Below, piece after piece: positions 48,507 to 59,214 of a stretch of 64,000 nt of DNA. The notes under the pieces were generated by a model, which was given only the letters and a program-made list of their open reading frames with translations, was not told where the DNA came from and ran no database searches. The position numbers and the translations under genes are program-made. Origin of the DNA: Armatimonadota bacterium (GTDB taxonomy: Bacteria; Armatimonadota; Fimbriimonadia; Fimbriimonadales; Fimbriimonadaceae); assembly GCA_031400935.1 (NCBI GenBank), contig JANNQV010000061.1, forward strand, positions 1 to 64,000, in the 5' to 3' direction. Each line of letters starts with the position of its first letter. Position 1 is the stretch's first letter.

Positions 48507-50009
48507 TCAACACATTTGGAATTCTGGAGCACCAAAAACTAGCCTGAACAAATTCTGCATGACTGGCAAAGCTGTCTGATTCCTTTGCATTGCTGCTACT
48601 CCGCCAGAGTTTCGAACGGCTTCAATCAAGATCAACCGCTTATCGGCAGGAAAGTCTGCGTCGAACATTCGTAGAACTTGATCCACAAGAGCAGCATCAT
48701 CAGCCAATGCTGCTTCGGCAAGAGTTTTGCGAATCCGCTCAGAAACTGCGGCCATTCGCCCTCGATTTGCAATGGTCGTTCCAAATCTCATTCGTTCCGC
48801 CATCATAGCGGGTGCTACCCAGCCCGGACCCCATTCCCAACCGGATACGTCCGGCGGATACAGAAGCCTCATTCCCATTCTTCGCATCGCACTGTACGTA
48901 AACTCGGCGGCACCCAGAACAGCTTGATTCGGCATTTGCATAGGACCCGCAGAACTAATTGTCATCATTTCCGTAGGTTTGGCCACCTCAGATTGAACTT
49001 TCAGAGCTAATTCTCCTATGCCTAATTGTCGAACAAGAGGAACTACATAATCCGCTGGACTCTTGATAGTGGTTCGAAACGCTTTTTCACTCCAAAATTC
49101 CTTTGAAGTGGCAATTGCGAGCATGAACGATTTGATCTCGCCTTTGGAATCGTTATAAACTCTGATTAAGCGCTCATGAACTTTAGGCTCAATTTCTGGA
49201 TAGGCAAAGAAGCTCCAAAGTTTTTTCGTAATGTGTCTAGCAGTTGCAGAGTGCGTAGCCAGCATGTCAAGTGCTGATTCCGTGTCAAATCGGGCGGTTT
49301 TCCCTAACACAGTTTTTACTCCGTTGTCGTGAAACCCGTCGGAATAGCTGGAGGCGACGATGGGCCGTTCCATTTCAAGACTCTCAGCGAGGAATGCCTT
49401 TAGGCGCATTTGATCGCCTCCTCCGGGGTAAATGGTTCGGATACTCCATCCTGTAAACGCCCTTGCCAGCTCTTTGATGTCCTTTTCAGTATAGTTTCCG
49501 ATCCCAACAGTAAATAGTTCTAGGACTTCACGAGCAAAATTCTCGTTGGGCTTGCCGAGAACGCTTGTGTCAGTATCGAGCCATCGAAGCATTCCAGGGT
49601 CTTTTGTGACCTTTCCTAACAATTGCCGAAAAGTCCCATTCGCATTTGAGCGAATCAGGTCAAGATGTTGCAGCATGGTTGGATGATTTTCAACCTTCGC
49701 AGCACTGACGGCGAAGTGGTTATGCCAAAAGAGAGCCAGCTTTTCTTGCATCGGACGATTGGTCGAGACCATTTCAAACGCCCACCATGCCGCGGCACGG
49801 TTAACGTCAAGGTTCACGGTTCCGTCTTGCTGCATGATGAATTGCCACGGAGAGACGCCGGCTCGATCTGGAATCTTGTCATAGTCAACGATTTCGTCAA
49901 TGGTTTTGTGTAAGCCCATTGCCTCATATCGAGCCATTTCTTGCAGAGTTGCGCCGAACGCGAACCTTCGAAGCAAGTGGCCAATCTTCTGTCGTTCTGT
50001 CTGCTGCAT
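48507..50009 (-). CDS. DUF1800 family protein
   Basis: HLLRRFAFG, EKLALFWHNHF, PNENFAREVLELFT.G and PPDV.GW. Confidence 0.93.
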   Translation of the reverse strand: MQQTERQKIGHLLRRFAFGATLQEMARYEAMGLHKTIDEIVDYDKIPDRAGVSPWQFIMQQDGTVNLDVNRAAAWWAFEMVSTNRPMQEKLALFWHNHFAVSAAKVENHPTMLQHLDLIRSNANGTFRQLLGKVTKDPGMLRWLDTDTSVLGKPNENFAREVLELFTVGIGNYTEKDIKELARAFTGWSIRTIYPGGGDQMRLKAFLAESLEMERPIVASSYSDGFHDNGVKTVLGKTARFDTESALDMLATHSATARHITKKLWSFFAYPEIEPKVHERLIRVYNDSKGEIKSFMLAIATSKEFWSEKAFRTTIKSPADYVVPLVRQLGIGELALKVQSEVAKPTEMMTISSAGPMQMPNQAVLGAAEFTYSAMRRMGMRLLYPPDVSGWEWGPGWVAPAMMAERMRFGTTIANRGRMAAVSERIRKTLAEAALADDAALVDQVLRMFDADFPADKRLILIEAVRNSGGVAAMQRNQTALPVMQNLFRLVFGAPEFQMC

Positions 50010-50118
50010 GATACTATTGTAATGTATAGATGGGCAAAATGGCCTAATAATTTTGATTGGGAACCGCAGAAATTCGCATTTCGTATAGGGTGATAGGAAG
50101 TCCTAGGAGGGAATATCC

Positions 50119-51645
50119 ATGACGATTCGATCATCGAGCGTAGTTTTTGCCCTAGCCATAGTTACTTTGGCTGGCGTTGTATATAGCCAATCAACTTCGG
50201 GAGGCAGCTCTAAACCGTCCCAATTTCACCTCATCGGAAGCTATGAAAAGCTTTTCGGTTCGAATCTCGAGGGCATGGAGAAGCCCGTAACGAAGGAGTT
50301 CTACCAAACACCGCTCTTCAAGGCGCTCAAGCAACTTGCAACTGGGCCATTTCACTTAATGGCTGATTCTGCGGCGTTTGGCGACATGAAGATTTCAACG
50401 AAGTTTGACAATCAACCTCTTGGAAAATGTTTGGATGAGCTCGCTACAATGATGGATGCGAGATGGGAACAGAACGGTAGAACGCTCAAATTGCGACCAG
50501 CCAAATTGGTGGCTTTAGCTCATCCAGGCCCAGTTGTCAAAATTGATGGCGTTCCGTTAAGCGAAGTTCCTCAGGATTTCACCTGGAGCGGCGATTTGGA
50601 TCATCAAGAAGGATTGAAAGTTGAGATTCAAGACGGGAAGATCAAGCACTTCAAATGGGATCCAAAAACAAAGAAGTACAGGGAAATGAGTGAGAACGAA
50701 GCTAAAACACTTTTTGAAAAGCTTCACATTGAATCAAAGACCCTGGAAGATCACCTCTCAAAAATGAAAGTGCACGGAAAATCACTCCAATTCGCATTTC
50801 CTCACGGCGAGTTCAGCAAGCAACATGCAGAAGAGATGAGAAAAATGGCGGAGGAGCTCCGAAAGCAGTTTTCTGATTCGAATGGCAATTTCAAATTCGA
50901 CTTCAAAATGCCAGAAGGTATCTATAATTTTGATCACGATAACCCCCAAAGGTGGGATCAAAAGACCAAAAAAATGGTCCCTATGACTCCCGAGGAAAAG
51001 GCGGCATTTGAGAAGAAGATGGAAGCCTTTGGAAAAGACATGGAGAAATGGGGCGAAAAGTTTGGCAAGGAAATGGAGAAAAGCGCTGAAGGACATGCCA
51101 AGGCTTTTGAGTACCACTTAGACAAAACCCAGAGTAAGCAATGGGAGGCTCAAGCAAAGAAGTGGGAAGAGTATGCGAAGGACCATAAAGTCGAATGGGA
51201 AAAAATGGCTAAGGAATGGGAGAAGTCTGGAGCAAAAGGCCACACCTTTGTAATGCCAAAGGATTTTCACGGACTCATGTTCAAAGATGGAAAGGGACTT
51301 CAAATCTCACCGCAACACCTGAAACAACTTAAGGAACATCAGCTCCAATTAAAAGAGCTTGGAAAATTGAAGGGAATGAAGGAGAGAACGCTAGTAATTC
51401 CAAAAGTCCCGCTAGCTCCCGGATACGAATCGGGCGGTCGAATCGCATTGCCCTCACAGCAAGACCTCCCGAACCTTCTGGAATCGGTTTCAGAAGAACA
51501 AAAGGCAATCATGAAGGATCGCGGCTACTTGAAATGGTCTGAATTGACCGCAGAGCAGAAGAATTTGATTGGATTTGAACCTAAAGGCGAATTCTCGCTG
51601 AGTTTCACAATTGATGGTGCAACTCTCTCAATCAAAAACGACTAG
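50119..51645 (+). CDS. Secreted hypothetical protein with STN-like region and K/E/W-rich helical repeats
   Basis: Signal peptide; AGGAGG Shine-Dalgarno; internal repeat WDPKTKK / WDQKTKK. Confidence 0.75.
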   Translation: MTIRSSSVVFALAIVTLAGVVYSQSTSGGSSKPSQFHLIGSYEKLFGSNLEGMEKPVTKEFYQTPLFKALKQLATGPFHLMADSAAFGDMKISTKFDNQPLGKCLDELATMMDARWEQNGRTLKLRPAKLVALAHPGPVVKIDGVPLSEVPQDFTWSGDLDHQEGLKVEIQDGKIKHFKWDPKTKKYREMSENEAKTLFEKLHIESKTLEDHLSKMKVHGKSLQFAFPHGEFSKQHAEEMRKMAEELRKQFSDSNGNFKFDFKMPEGIYNFDHDNPQRWDQKTKKMVPMTPEEKAAFEKKMEAFGKDMEKWGEKFGKEMEKSAEGHAKAFEYHLDKTQSKQWEAQAKKWEEYAKDHKVEWEKMAKEWEKSGAKGHTFVMPKDFHGLMFKDGKGLQISPQHLKQLKEHQLQLKELGKLKGMKERTLVIPKVPLAPGYESGGRIALPSQQDLPNLLESVSEEQKAIMKDRGYLKWSELTAEQKNLIGFEPKGEFSLSFTIDGATLSIKND

Positions 51646-51659
51646 CATACAGGACTAAA

Positions 51660-51693
51660 AAGTCATATAGGCCCATTCGGACTTATATGACTT
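51660..51693. terminator. Hairpin between the convergent CDS and tRNA
   Basis: AAGTCATATAG...TTATATGACTT inverted repeat. Confidence 0.6.
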
Positions 51694-51716
51694 GTTTCGG
51701 CAAAGAATTTGCTCTA

Positions 51717-51793
51717 TGGTCGGGGCGACAGGATTCGAACCTGCGACCTATTGCTCCCAAAGCAACCGCGCTACCAAGCTGCGCCACGCCCCG
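51717..51793 (-). tRNA. tRNA-Pro (anticodon UGG)
   Basis: Reverse complement CGGGGCG...GTTGC-TTTGGGA-GCAAT...GTTCGAATC...CGCCCCG-ACCA; 77 nt with encoded CCA. Confidence 0.97.
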
Positions 51794-51834
51794 GTCTTTA
51801 AGATACCCAATTTTGGGTATGATCCCGCTCGACT

Positions 51835-53136
51835 ATGGGGCCAAAAATGACTTATGATGAGGCAAAATCCTATCTTTCTTCATTAGAAGGCCGAGGCTGG
51901 CGGCTTGGGCTCGATCGGATGACGGAACTTCTTCGACGAGCAGACTTGCTTTCGGCTATCGGAACTGAAGCTTCCCCAAAGTTCATCCACGTTGCCGGAA
52001 CGAATGGTAAAGGCACAGTCACAGCATTCATTCAATCAATTTTGAAAGATTCCGGACTTCGAGTCGGTGGATATTTCAGCCCGTACGTCTATTGCTTGAG
52101 GGAAAGAGTTCAATTTAATTGTGAAATGATTTCGGAAGACGAATTCGCGGCTCTTCTAACGGAATTGAGACCCATTGTTGAGAGTTCTTCGGGTTCTGAA
52201 TTTGATGATGTGACCGAATTCGAATGCAAAACAGCCCTCGGATTTGCTTATTGGAAGAAGCAAGGTTGCGATTGGGTGGCCTGTGAAGTGGGCATGGGCG
52301 GTCGGCTTGATGCAACGAATGTTCTCACGCCAAAATGCTCGGTGATTACCAGCATCGGACTGGATCATACGCAATACCTTGGGGAAACTCAAGCTGAAAT
52401 TGCATCTGAGAAAGCTGGAATTGTTAAGCAAGGAGTGCCTGTCGTTGTTGGGAATGTACCTACTGAGGCTGAAAGGGTGATTCGAGAAATTGCACTCTCC
52501 TTAGAAGCGCCCTGTTTTGTGTTTGGAAAGGAATTCGGTCCAAAGGAATCCAACTCAAATGTTGGGATGGAATGCTGGACACTCAACGCAACCGATCACA
52601 TTGGCATAATTGGTTCTCAAAGCGAACAAAATGCCTGGCTGGCAGGGGCAGCAATTCGCCTCGCCGGAATTGACCTCGACGAAAGCACTTGGAAACGCGG
52701 ATTGGCAGCCACTTCATTGCCAGGAAGGATGGAAAAGAGAGAATTTGATGGCGTTACCATCATCCTCGATGGTGCCCACAACGCCGAAGCATCCGAAGTT
52801 CTAGTGGAGTCGCTTCAGGAGATGAGGCGGAGTTGGATTTTGGTTTCGAACATGCTTGATGGACATGATCCATTGAAATTCTACGAGCCGCTGAGTGCCT
52901 TAGCGGATTCGATTCATATTCCGCCAATTGAATTTCACCGTGCTCGCGATCCAGAAACATCGGCGTCTCTACTGAAAAACCGGTTTGCAGAAATTTCGGT
53001 ACAAGTATCAGTGGAAAGTGCAATGAACGAAGCGATAGTGCAAGCGAAAGTTACTGGAGCGTCCGTCCTTGTTACGGGAAGCTTCTACTTAGTTGGTGAA
53101 TGCGGACAATGGATTCAAGAGAATTCGAATTCTTGA
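51835..53136 (+). CDS. folC: Folylpolyglutamate synthase / dihydrofolate synthase
   Basis: [36 protein letters not shown] and GSFYLVG. Confidence 0.96.
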   Translation: MGPKMTYDEAKSYLSSLEGRGWRLGLDRMTELLRRADLLSAIGTEASPKFIHVAGTNGKGTVTAFIQSILKDSGLRVGGYFSPYVYCLRERVQFNCEMISEDEFAALLTELRPIVESSSGSEFDDVTEFECKTALGFAYWKKQGCDWVACEVGMGGRLDATNVLTPKCSVITSIGLDHTQYLGETQAEIASEKAGIVKQGVPVVVGNVPTEAERVIREIALSLEAPCFVFGKEFGPKESNSNVGMECWTLNATDHIGIIGSQSEQNAWLAGAAIRLAGIDLDESTWKRGLAATSLPGRMEKREFDGVTIILDGAHNAEASEVLVESLQEMRRSWILVSNMLDGHDPLKFYEPLSALADSIHIPPIEFHRARDPETSASLLKNRFAEISVQVSVESAMNEAIVQAKVTGASVLVTGSFYLVGECGQWIQENSNS

Positions 53137-53158
53137 GAGTTAAACAAAATGCATTGGC

Positions 53159-53410
53159 TCATTTCTTGTACTGAACATCTATTGCAACATCTCGAATGCC
53201 CTGCACTTGGCGAAGCAGCCTGCCAACCCTCTCAGTTTCTACCTTGAGGTCAGCATATTCAGCTCCAGCAATTTTCTGAACTTGTCCACGCAAGTACAAG
53301 ACGCCATGCATAACGCGCATATCCGCTTTAGTGATGTCAATCATGGCTTTAGTGAACGCTCGCCTTGCACGTTTTGTTGCGTCTGAGTCTGCTGCTTTAT
53401 CTACGGCCAT
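53159..53410 (-). CDS. Small BON-domain-like protein
   Basis: V..GVLYLRG.V ... V.GIRDV pattern; GAGAGG upstream. Confidence 0.65.
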   Translation of the reverse strand: MAVDKAADSDATKRARRAFTKAMIDITKADMRVMHGVLYLRGQVQKIAGAEYADLKVETERVGRLLRQVQGIRDVAIDVQYKK

Positions 53411-53420
53411 AATTTCTCTA

Positions 53421-53498
53421 CCTCTCCAACCCCTCCCTCTTTCTCCCCGATTTCATTTCCCTGCAGCGGGACAGGCGTACCTCGAAAAAGGGAGGGGC
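53421..53498. repeat. Member of the palindromic repeat family with an enlarged loop
   Basis: CCTCTCCAACCCCTCCCTCTTTC ... GAAAAAGGGAGGGGC. Confidence 0.75.
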
Positions 53499-53507
53499 TA
53501 TTGCTAA

Positions 53508-56500
53508 CTATTTATCATCTGAAGCATCCGTCGCCACTTCATCATCCACCGTAATTCTCTTTTTTGGAGTCTTAGGTGAGGATGGGGGAAGCGCATCTCC
53601 GCCAGCCGTTGCTACAGTCATTGCCGTGCTCATGCTAGATCGCTTGGACCACCAAGTGGAGAAAGCCAGTGCAGCAACACATGTGAGCGTTATGCTGACA
53701 AGCACGCCAGTTCCATAAGGCTGAATGATTACGGGCACCATCAGAAGCGCAATCAAGTTCATTACCTTGATGAGCGGGTTGAGGGCTGGGCCAGCCGTAT
53801 CCTTGAAAGGATCGCCAACGGTATCGCAGACCACGCCTGCTTTGTGAGCTTCGGTTCCTTTGCCTCCATGCATTCCATCTTCGATGAGCTTTTTGGCATT
53901 GTCCCAAATACCGCCAGAATTGGCGAGAAGTACTGCCATAAGCTGTCCTGAAAGGATCGCACCAGCTAAGAATCCGCCAAGTGCTTGAGCACCTGTCAGG
54001 TTATAGAAGGAATCACCGATCTGAACTGGAGCCTTGCCAATAGAGAAGCCAAAGGCAACCGCCATTGGAAGAGCAATCGCGAGGATTCCTGGGCCAAGCA
54101 GTTCGCGCTGAGCCGCTGCTGTTACAATCGCTACGCACTTTTCGTAATTTGGCTTGCTAGTGCCAGCCATGATGCCTGGATCGTTTCGGAACTGTGCACG
54201 AACTTCATTGATGAGTTCGAACGCAGCTCGTCCAACCGCATTGATTGAGAACGCGCTGAACAGGTAAGGTGCCGCGCCGCCAATCATAAGTCCGAGGAAT
54301 ATCTCAGGTACGTCGAGGGGAAGCCCGATGCCAGTTAATTGCGCTGATTCTAGATAAGAGTGGAACAAGGCAACTGCGGCGACAACCGCTGTAGCAATTG
54401 CAAACCCTTTCGTAAGAGCCTTTGTCGTGTTTCCAGCCGCGTCGAGTCGCTGAACTCGCTTCGCACCTTCGGGATTGTCGTGTCCTGCACCTGACATTTC
54501 AAAAACGCCTTGTGCGTTGTCTGAAATCGGGCCGAACGTATCCATCGCAAGGATGAAACCAGTTGTGGTTAAGAGTCCCAACCCTACAAGCGCAACTCCA
54601 TAGAAGCTAAGAATATAGCCCCCGTATTCTGCGGCAGGGAAGAGTTGAACCGGGACAATAAGCGCAATCACAATGGCAAAGACTGAGAACACACTTGATT
54701 CTTGCCCCAATGCGAATCCGCTGATAATCATCGGAGCTGGTCCCGCTGTTGCAACACCTGCTACTTCGTTTACTGGCTTTCCATTGAGCGACACATAGTA
54801 GTCGGTCAACTTTTCGATGGCAAACGCCATGATAACGCCGAATGTGATAGCAATAAAGAACAAGTACCAAGGCACTACTTTATGAACTGCCAAGGCGGTT
54901 GGAACTTGAGTAGTCGGCGGTTGTGGAACGGCGACAGGAGTTGCAGTCGGATTCTTTGCCGCTTCTTCCTGAGCCTTCTTCTGGGCAACTTGGTTAGCCT
55001 CAAATTCCTTAACGCCAATTCGATAATAGAATAGTGTTGCACCACCTGAAAGATTCTGAATCTTGTCAAGCTTGTCACCTTTGTCGCTAACTGAGTCAAT
55101 CCCCCAAACTGCTTTACCTTCCGGGTTTACATATAGGTTTGCGGCAAATTTTTGCATCTTTTCGACAGTGGCGAAAGACTTTGCGCTCTCAATCTGCTTG
55201 TCAAGGTCTGCTTCGTTTGAAGGTCCGTAATAGAGTTCTCTGGGTTCAAGGCTCTTTGGATCTGCCCCATCGGTTGCTTTCGGACTGATCTTTAGCTTGA
55301 ACACTGTAAACGGTTTGAGTTCCTTCCCCAAATTATTGACAGAATATTCTTCCTTGAACGTCTTCGGTTTTGGCTGGTCACCAGGAACCGTAGGATTTGG
55401 GGTTGACATGACCGTGTATCCGAGAATCGGATTTGTTGAGTTAAAGTCAATAGGACTATAACCCGAATATGTGGTCGGTTTCGGCTGATTTTCGATTGGC
55501 GGTTGCAATGCCTGTGAAATCTTCTGTGCCGCCGTCAGTTCGTCAATCTTCAGATCGGCGAAATCAGAGTGCTTCTTCACATCGTCAGAAGTGATCTTCC
55601 ACATCTCGTCAGGTCGAAGTCCTTTTTCCTTCGTAACTTTCGATGCAATTGCGCGAATCGCTTCAGTCTCCTCTCGACCCGATTGCTCTTGCGAAACAAA
55701 CTGAGTAGTTACAATTTCTTGACCGTTGCCGCCCATTGTCATGAATGCGAGTACGCCAGTGCCAAGGATGGCAACAAGCGCAGATACATTGAATCCGCGT
55801 CGAATTGCTTTTAGAGGGTCAGCATCAATGTTATCGCTTCCCTTGACACTATAGATTCCGATAATCGAAGCAATGATTCCGATGCCTCGTGCCATCAAGG
55901 CAAAGAGGACTAGCTTCATCCAAGTCGGCTGATCAAAGATAGCGGAAGTTGCAGCACCCAATACGATTGCGGCAACAAGTGTTACTTCGTAAGATTCAAA
56001 AATGTCGGCCGCCATTCCAGCGCAGTCTCCAACGTTGTCTCCAACGTTGTCTGCGATAACAGCAGGGTTTCGAGGATCATCCTCCGGGATTCCAGCTTCA
56101 ACCTTTCCAACAAGGTCAGCTCCAACGTCAGCGGCTTTGGTGAAGATTCCACCGCCGACACGCATGAAGAGCGCTGCTAGGGAACCGCCGAATCCAAATC
56201 CGATGAGGTATTTCATCGAATCGTCTTTTCCAAAATAGAGAATTGCAGTTGCGCCGATTAGGCCCATACCGACAGTTATCAGACCGGCTACGGCACCCGA
56301 TCGGAAAGCGACCTTAAGAGCTTGGGAATAACTGGTAAGGGCGGCATGTGCGGTCCGCATATTTCCTGCAACTGCATAGAGCATTCCCACGTATCCAGCA
56401 ACGTAGGAAGCACCTACACCTAGCACGAAGCTAAGTGCAGTCCATATGCCTTTCATTGGAGCGCCGTATTGCTTTCCAAAAACAATTGCCAAGACGATTG

Positions 56501-56825
56501 CTAATGCAAAGACAAAATAGGACATTGTGCGAACTTGCTGTCTTAAATAGCCGAGCGCACCATCTCGTATGGCCTTGCCTACTTCCTGCATCTTCTCGTT
56601 GCCAGGAGACATCGCCTTTACTGACTTTGCAAGCGAGACGGCAAATCCAATGGCGATTAAGCCAAAAGCAAACGATGCGGCAAGATACCACTGGTCTGAA
56701 TTGGAGAATTGAAGAACGATGTTGCCTTCGCTTGCTCGTGCCGATGAAGGCAAGAGTGCGGCTAGGAACATCAAAATTGGTAAGACGAGCTTCGTCCGTG
56801 CAGCTTGATTAATCATGTTACTCAT
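53508..56825 (-). CDS. hppA: Membrane-bound ion-translocating pyrophosphatase (K+-independent signature) with a large insertion
   Basis: GGIFTKAADVGADLVGKVE, DNVGDNVGD, GNTTKA, GGIWDNAKK and DTVGDPFKD; 1105 aa. Confidence 0.95.
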   Translation of the reverse strand: MSNMINQAARTKLVLPILMFLAALLPSSARASEGNIVLQFSNSDQWYLAASFAFGLIAIGFAVSLAKSVKAMSPGNEKMQEVGKAIRDGALGYLRQQVRTMSYFVFALAIVLAIVFGKQYGAPMKGIWTALSFVLGVGASYVAGYVGMLYAVAGNMRTAHAALTSYSQALKVAFRSGAVAGLITVGMGLIGATAILYFGKDDSMKYLIGFGFGGSLAALFMRVGGGIFTKAADVGADLVGKVEAGIPEDDPRNPAVIADNVGDNVGDCAGMAADIFESYEVTLVAAIVLGAATSAIFDQPTWMKLVLFALMARGIGIIASIIGIYSVKGSDNIDADPLKAIRRGFNVSALVAILGTGVLAFMTMGGNGQEIVTTQFVSQEQSGREETEAIRAIASKVTKEKGLRPDEMWKITSDDVKKHSDFADLKIDELTAAQKISQALQPPIENQPKPTTYSGYSPIDFNSTNPILGYTVMSTPNPTVPGDQPKPKTFKEEYSVNNLGKELKPFTVFKLKISPKATDGADPKSLEPRELYYGPSNEADLDKQIESAKSFATVEKMQKFAANLYVNPEGKAVWGIDSVSDKGDKLDKIQNLSGGATLFYYRIGVKEFEANQVAQKKAQEEAAKNPTATPVAVPQPPTTQVPTALAVHKVVPWYLFFIAITFGVIMAFAIEKLTDYYVSLNGKPVNEVAGVATAGPAPMIISGFALGQESSVFSVFAIVIALIVPVQLFPAAEYGGYILSFYGVALVGLGLLTTTGFILAMDTFGPISDNAQGVFEMSGAGHDNPEGAKRVQRLDAAGNTTKALTKGFAIATAVVAAVALFHSYLESAQLTGIGLPLDVPEIFLGLMIGGAAPYLFSAFSINAVGRAAFELINEVRAQFRNDPGIMAGTSKPNYEKCVAIVTAAAQRELLGPGILAIALPMAVAFGFSIGKAPVQIGDSFYNLTGAQALGGFLAGAILSGQLMAVLLANSGGIWDNAKKLIEDGMHGGKGTEAHKAGVVCDTVGDPFKDTAGPALNPLIKVMNLIALLMVPVIIQPYGTGVLVSITLTCVAALAFSTWWSKRSSMSTAMTVATAGGDALPPSSPKTPKKRITVDDEVATDASDDK

Positions 56826-57017
56826 TTGAAATGAAGGACTCCCAGGAATCTTTCACGCTTCCGTGCGTATTGCATTTGGCCGTGAGCTTGTTGAAATGAC
56901 GGTAAAGGATACCTCAGAAGAACAAATTCGCTTCAATTAGTAAATAAATTAGGGCGGTGGCGGGTTAAGAAAGTGCAACGTGCAGCTAGCCTGCCTCGTA
57001 CATCTTTGCAAGCAACA

Positions 57018-57509
57018 ATGGATTTGGTTCGATATAAGCCTGGTGAAGCCATTCGGTGGCTGGAAAGCGGCGCCGCCGACATGCGAAAGAGTGCCAAAAG
57101 AACGGGAACCCGCGCACTTGCCAAGACTACGGAAGGAACCGACATCCCAGGTGGACTACGAGATGCTGCCGGAGCCATTTTCGGATTTGGGAAAAGTGCT
57201 CTTGCTGACCTGCTACATAAACAGCTTGAAGCAAGCGAGTACGTTTTCTATGAGGACCGGCTTGAAGTTATTACGACCTCAGGAACTCGCTATATTCCTT
57301 TCCGAGAAATTCAAACGATGAAAGTGAAGGGAGACCGGTGCATCTTGCTTTTGGATCGGGGAAAGTTGACGATTAAGCCACATGCCTATATACTTTCAGG
57401 AAATCTGAAAGTTCCGGTAGGTTGGACTCGCAATGGTTTGGAAGTAGCGTTCGAAATGCTCCCGGATGAGCTTTCTGCTCGGGCTGGGGTAAACATCGAG
57501 TACTTGTGA
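57018..57509 (+). CDS. Hypothetical protein (PH-like C-terminal region)
   Basis: ATG 57018; stop overlaps the birA start (GTGA). Confidence 0.65.
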   Translation: MDLVRYKPGEAIRWLESGAADMRKSAKRTGTRALAKTTEGTDIPGGLRDAAGAIFGFGKSALADLLHKQLEASEYVFYEDRLEVITTSGTRYIPFREIQTMKVKGDRCILLLDRGKLTIKPHAYILSGNLKVPVGWTRNGLEVAFEMLPDELSARAGVNIEYL

Positions 57510-58222
57510 AATCGCCATTATCGGTAGGCCCATTGGTTACGATAGACGTTGTCGGCTCTACTCAGGATGAAGCTATACGGCTCCTCCTATTTGATTCGCC
57601 CGCTGGAATTGTTCACGCACTTCATCAAACTGCAGGACGAGGAAGGTTTTATCGGAAGTGGGAAAGCACGCCAAATTCGTCCCTAACTGTTTCATTTGTA
57701 TTTGAAATGGAAGCTAGCCAAATTCAACCTTGGCTCGTTGGAATGGGCGTTGCTTGTGCCGTTGCCACGGCATTTCAGATTCTAGTTCAGTGGCCCAACG
57801 ATTTGGTGATTGGAAACAAAAAAATTGGTGGCATTCTAACCGAAATTGCTTCGAATTCTGAAGGAAAACGCTTCGCAGTTATTGGCTTAGGGTTGAATCT
57901 CTTAGAATCTGCGGTGCCTTGGGATCTTGCCGATACGGCTACAAGCCTGGAGTCATGCCTTGGGAAAAGGATTTTGCCTACCGAGGCACTTGAAGCTGTT
58001 TTGAGTTCGATGGAACGAATTCCTGAGGCCGATTCTTGGAACGATCTTAAGGAGGTGTGGGCTGGTTTAGATTCGACTGCGGGGAAAGTTTACAAATCAC
58101 CTGAAGGAAGAATCGGAATCGCAAAGAGCATTGGAGGGCAAGGCGAACTTCTTGCGGATTTTGGCGGGACAATTGAGCCCGTATTTGCTGCAGATGCTTT
58201 TTTTGGAACGAGCGAAAAATGA
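57506..58222 (+). CDS. birA: Biotin-[acetyl-CoA-carboxylase] ligase without HTH domain
   Basis: STQD, QTAGRGR..RKW, WPNDL, KKIGGILTE and GLGLN. Confidence 0.93.
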   Translation: MKSPLSVGPLVTIDVVGSTQDEAIRLLLFDSPAGIVHALHQTAGRGRFYRKWESTPNSSLTVSFVFEMEASQIQPWLVGMGVACAVATAFQILVQWPNDLVIGNKKIGGILTEIASNSEGKRFAVIGLGLNLLESAVPWDLADTATSLESCLGKRILPTEALEAVLSSMERIPEADSWNDLKEVWAGLDSTAGKVYKSPEGRIGIAKSIGGQGELLADFGGTIEPVFAADAFFGTSEK

Positions 58223-59214
58223 ATTCGTTAGACGACAAGTTGCTCAAATGGTATGACTTCCACAAGCGCGATTTGGCTTGGCGAAGAACGAAGGACGTTT
58301 ACGCAATCTGGGTTAGTGAGATCATGCTCCAACAGACCCGAGTTGCGACCGTGCTGCCCTATTACGAACGATGGATGATCAAATTTCCAACGATTGAATC
58401 CCTTGCCTCAGCAGACGAACAAGAGTTGCTCGCAATTTGGCAAGGCTTAGGCTATTACGGCCGATGCCGGAATTTCCAAGCCGGAGCCCGATTTGTACTA
58501 GAAAACGGAATTCCGGCAAACTCAAAAGGATGGTTACAAGTTCCTGGAATTGGACCTTATACCGCTGCCGCAATTGCCTCAATTTGTTTTGACGAACCTA
58601 TGGTCGCAATAGATGGCAACGTTCTGAGAGTCTTTGCAAGATTAACAACCAGCAAATCCAAAAAGGCTGACTTAACACGAGAAGCGAATTCATGGGCTAA
58701 GGAGCGTATTTGCAAAATTCGGCCGGGAGATTGGAATCAGGCGATGATGGAGTTGGGTGCAACTGTTTGTACTCCGAAGAAACCCAAATGCTCAATTTGT
58801 CCATTGGAATCTGAATGCAAAGGCAAGGATTCCCCAGAGAAATATCCAGCGAAATTTTCAAAGAGGGAAGTTGTTTCCTTATACTGGATTGCAACAATTT
58901 TTTGGGAGGGAAGTTCAATTGGGCTGGAACAAATTCCTAACGGAGGCTGGTGGAAGGGAATGTGGCGATTGCCTACGTCGGTTTCAACTAACTTCAAAGA
59001 AACTAAAACATCAATTGGAGTTGTGTCGGGAACCGTCACTCATCACAACATCAGTTTGCGAATTGAGGTTCTGCACCAATCCATTCCTGCAGAACTTGTT
59101 TGCGTACCCATTTACCAGCTTTCCGACTTTGCCCTTCCTTCGCTTTATCGAAAGGCAATTCAGAAGGCAATCAATCAAGATTTTGCTTCCGAGCCCACAG
59201 GGAAGCTAACTTGA
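58219..59214 (+). CDS. mutY: A/G-specific adenine glycosylase
   Basis: WVSEIMLQQT, WQGLGYY, PGIGPYTA, DGNV.RV and Cx6Cx2Cx5C Fe-S motif. Confidence 0.96.
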   Translation: MNSLDDKLLKWYDFHKRDLAWRRTKDVYAIWVSEIMLQQTRVATVLPYYERWMIKFPTIESLASADEQELLAIWQGLGYYGRCRNFQAGARFVLENGIPANSKGWLQVPGIGPYTAAAIASICFDEPMVAIDGNVLRVFARLTTSKSKKADLTREANSWAKERICKIRPGDWNQAMMELGATVCTPKKPKCSICPLESECKGKDSPEKYPAKFSKREVVSLYWIATIFWEGSSIGLEQIPNGGWWKGMWRLPTSVSTNFKETKTSIGVVSGTVTHHNISLRIEVLHQSIPAELVCVPIYQLSDFALPSLYRKAIQKAINQDFASEPTGKLT

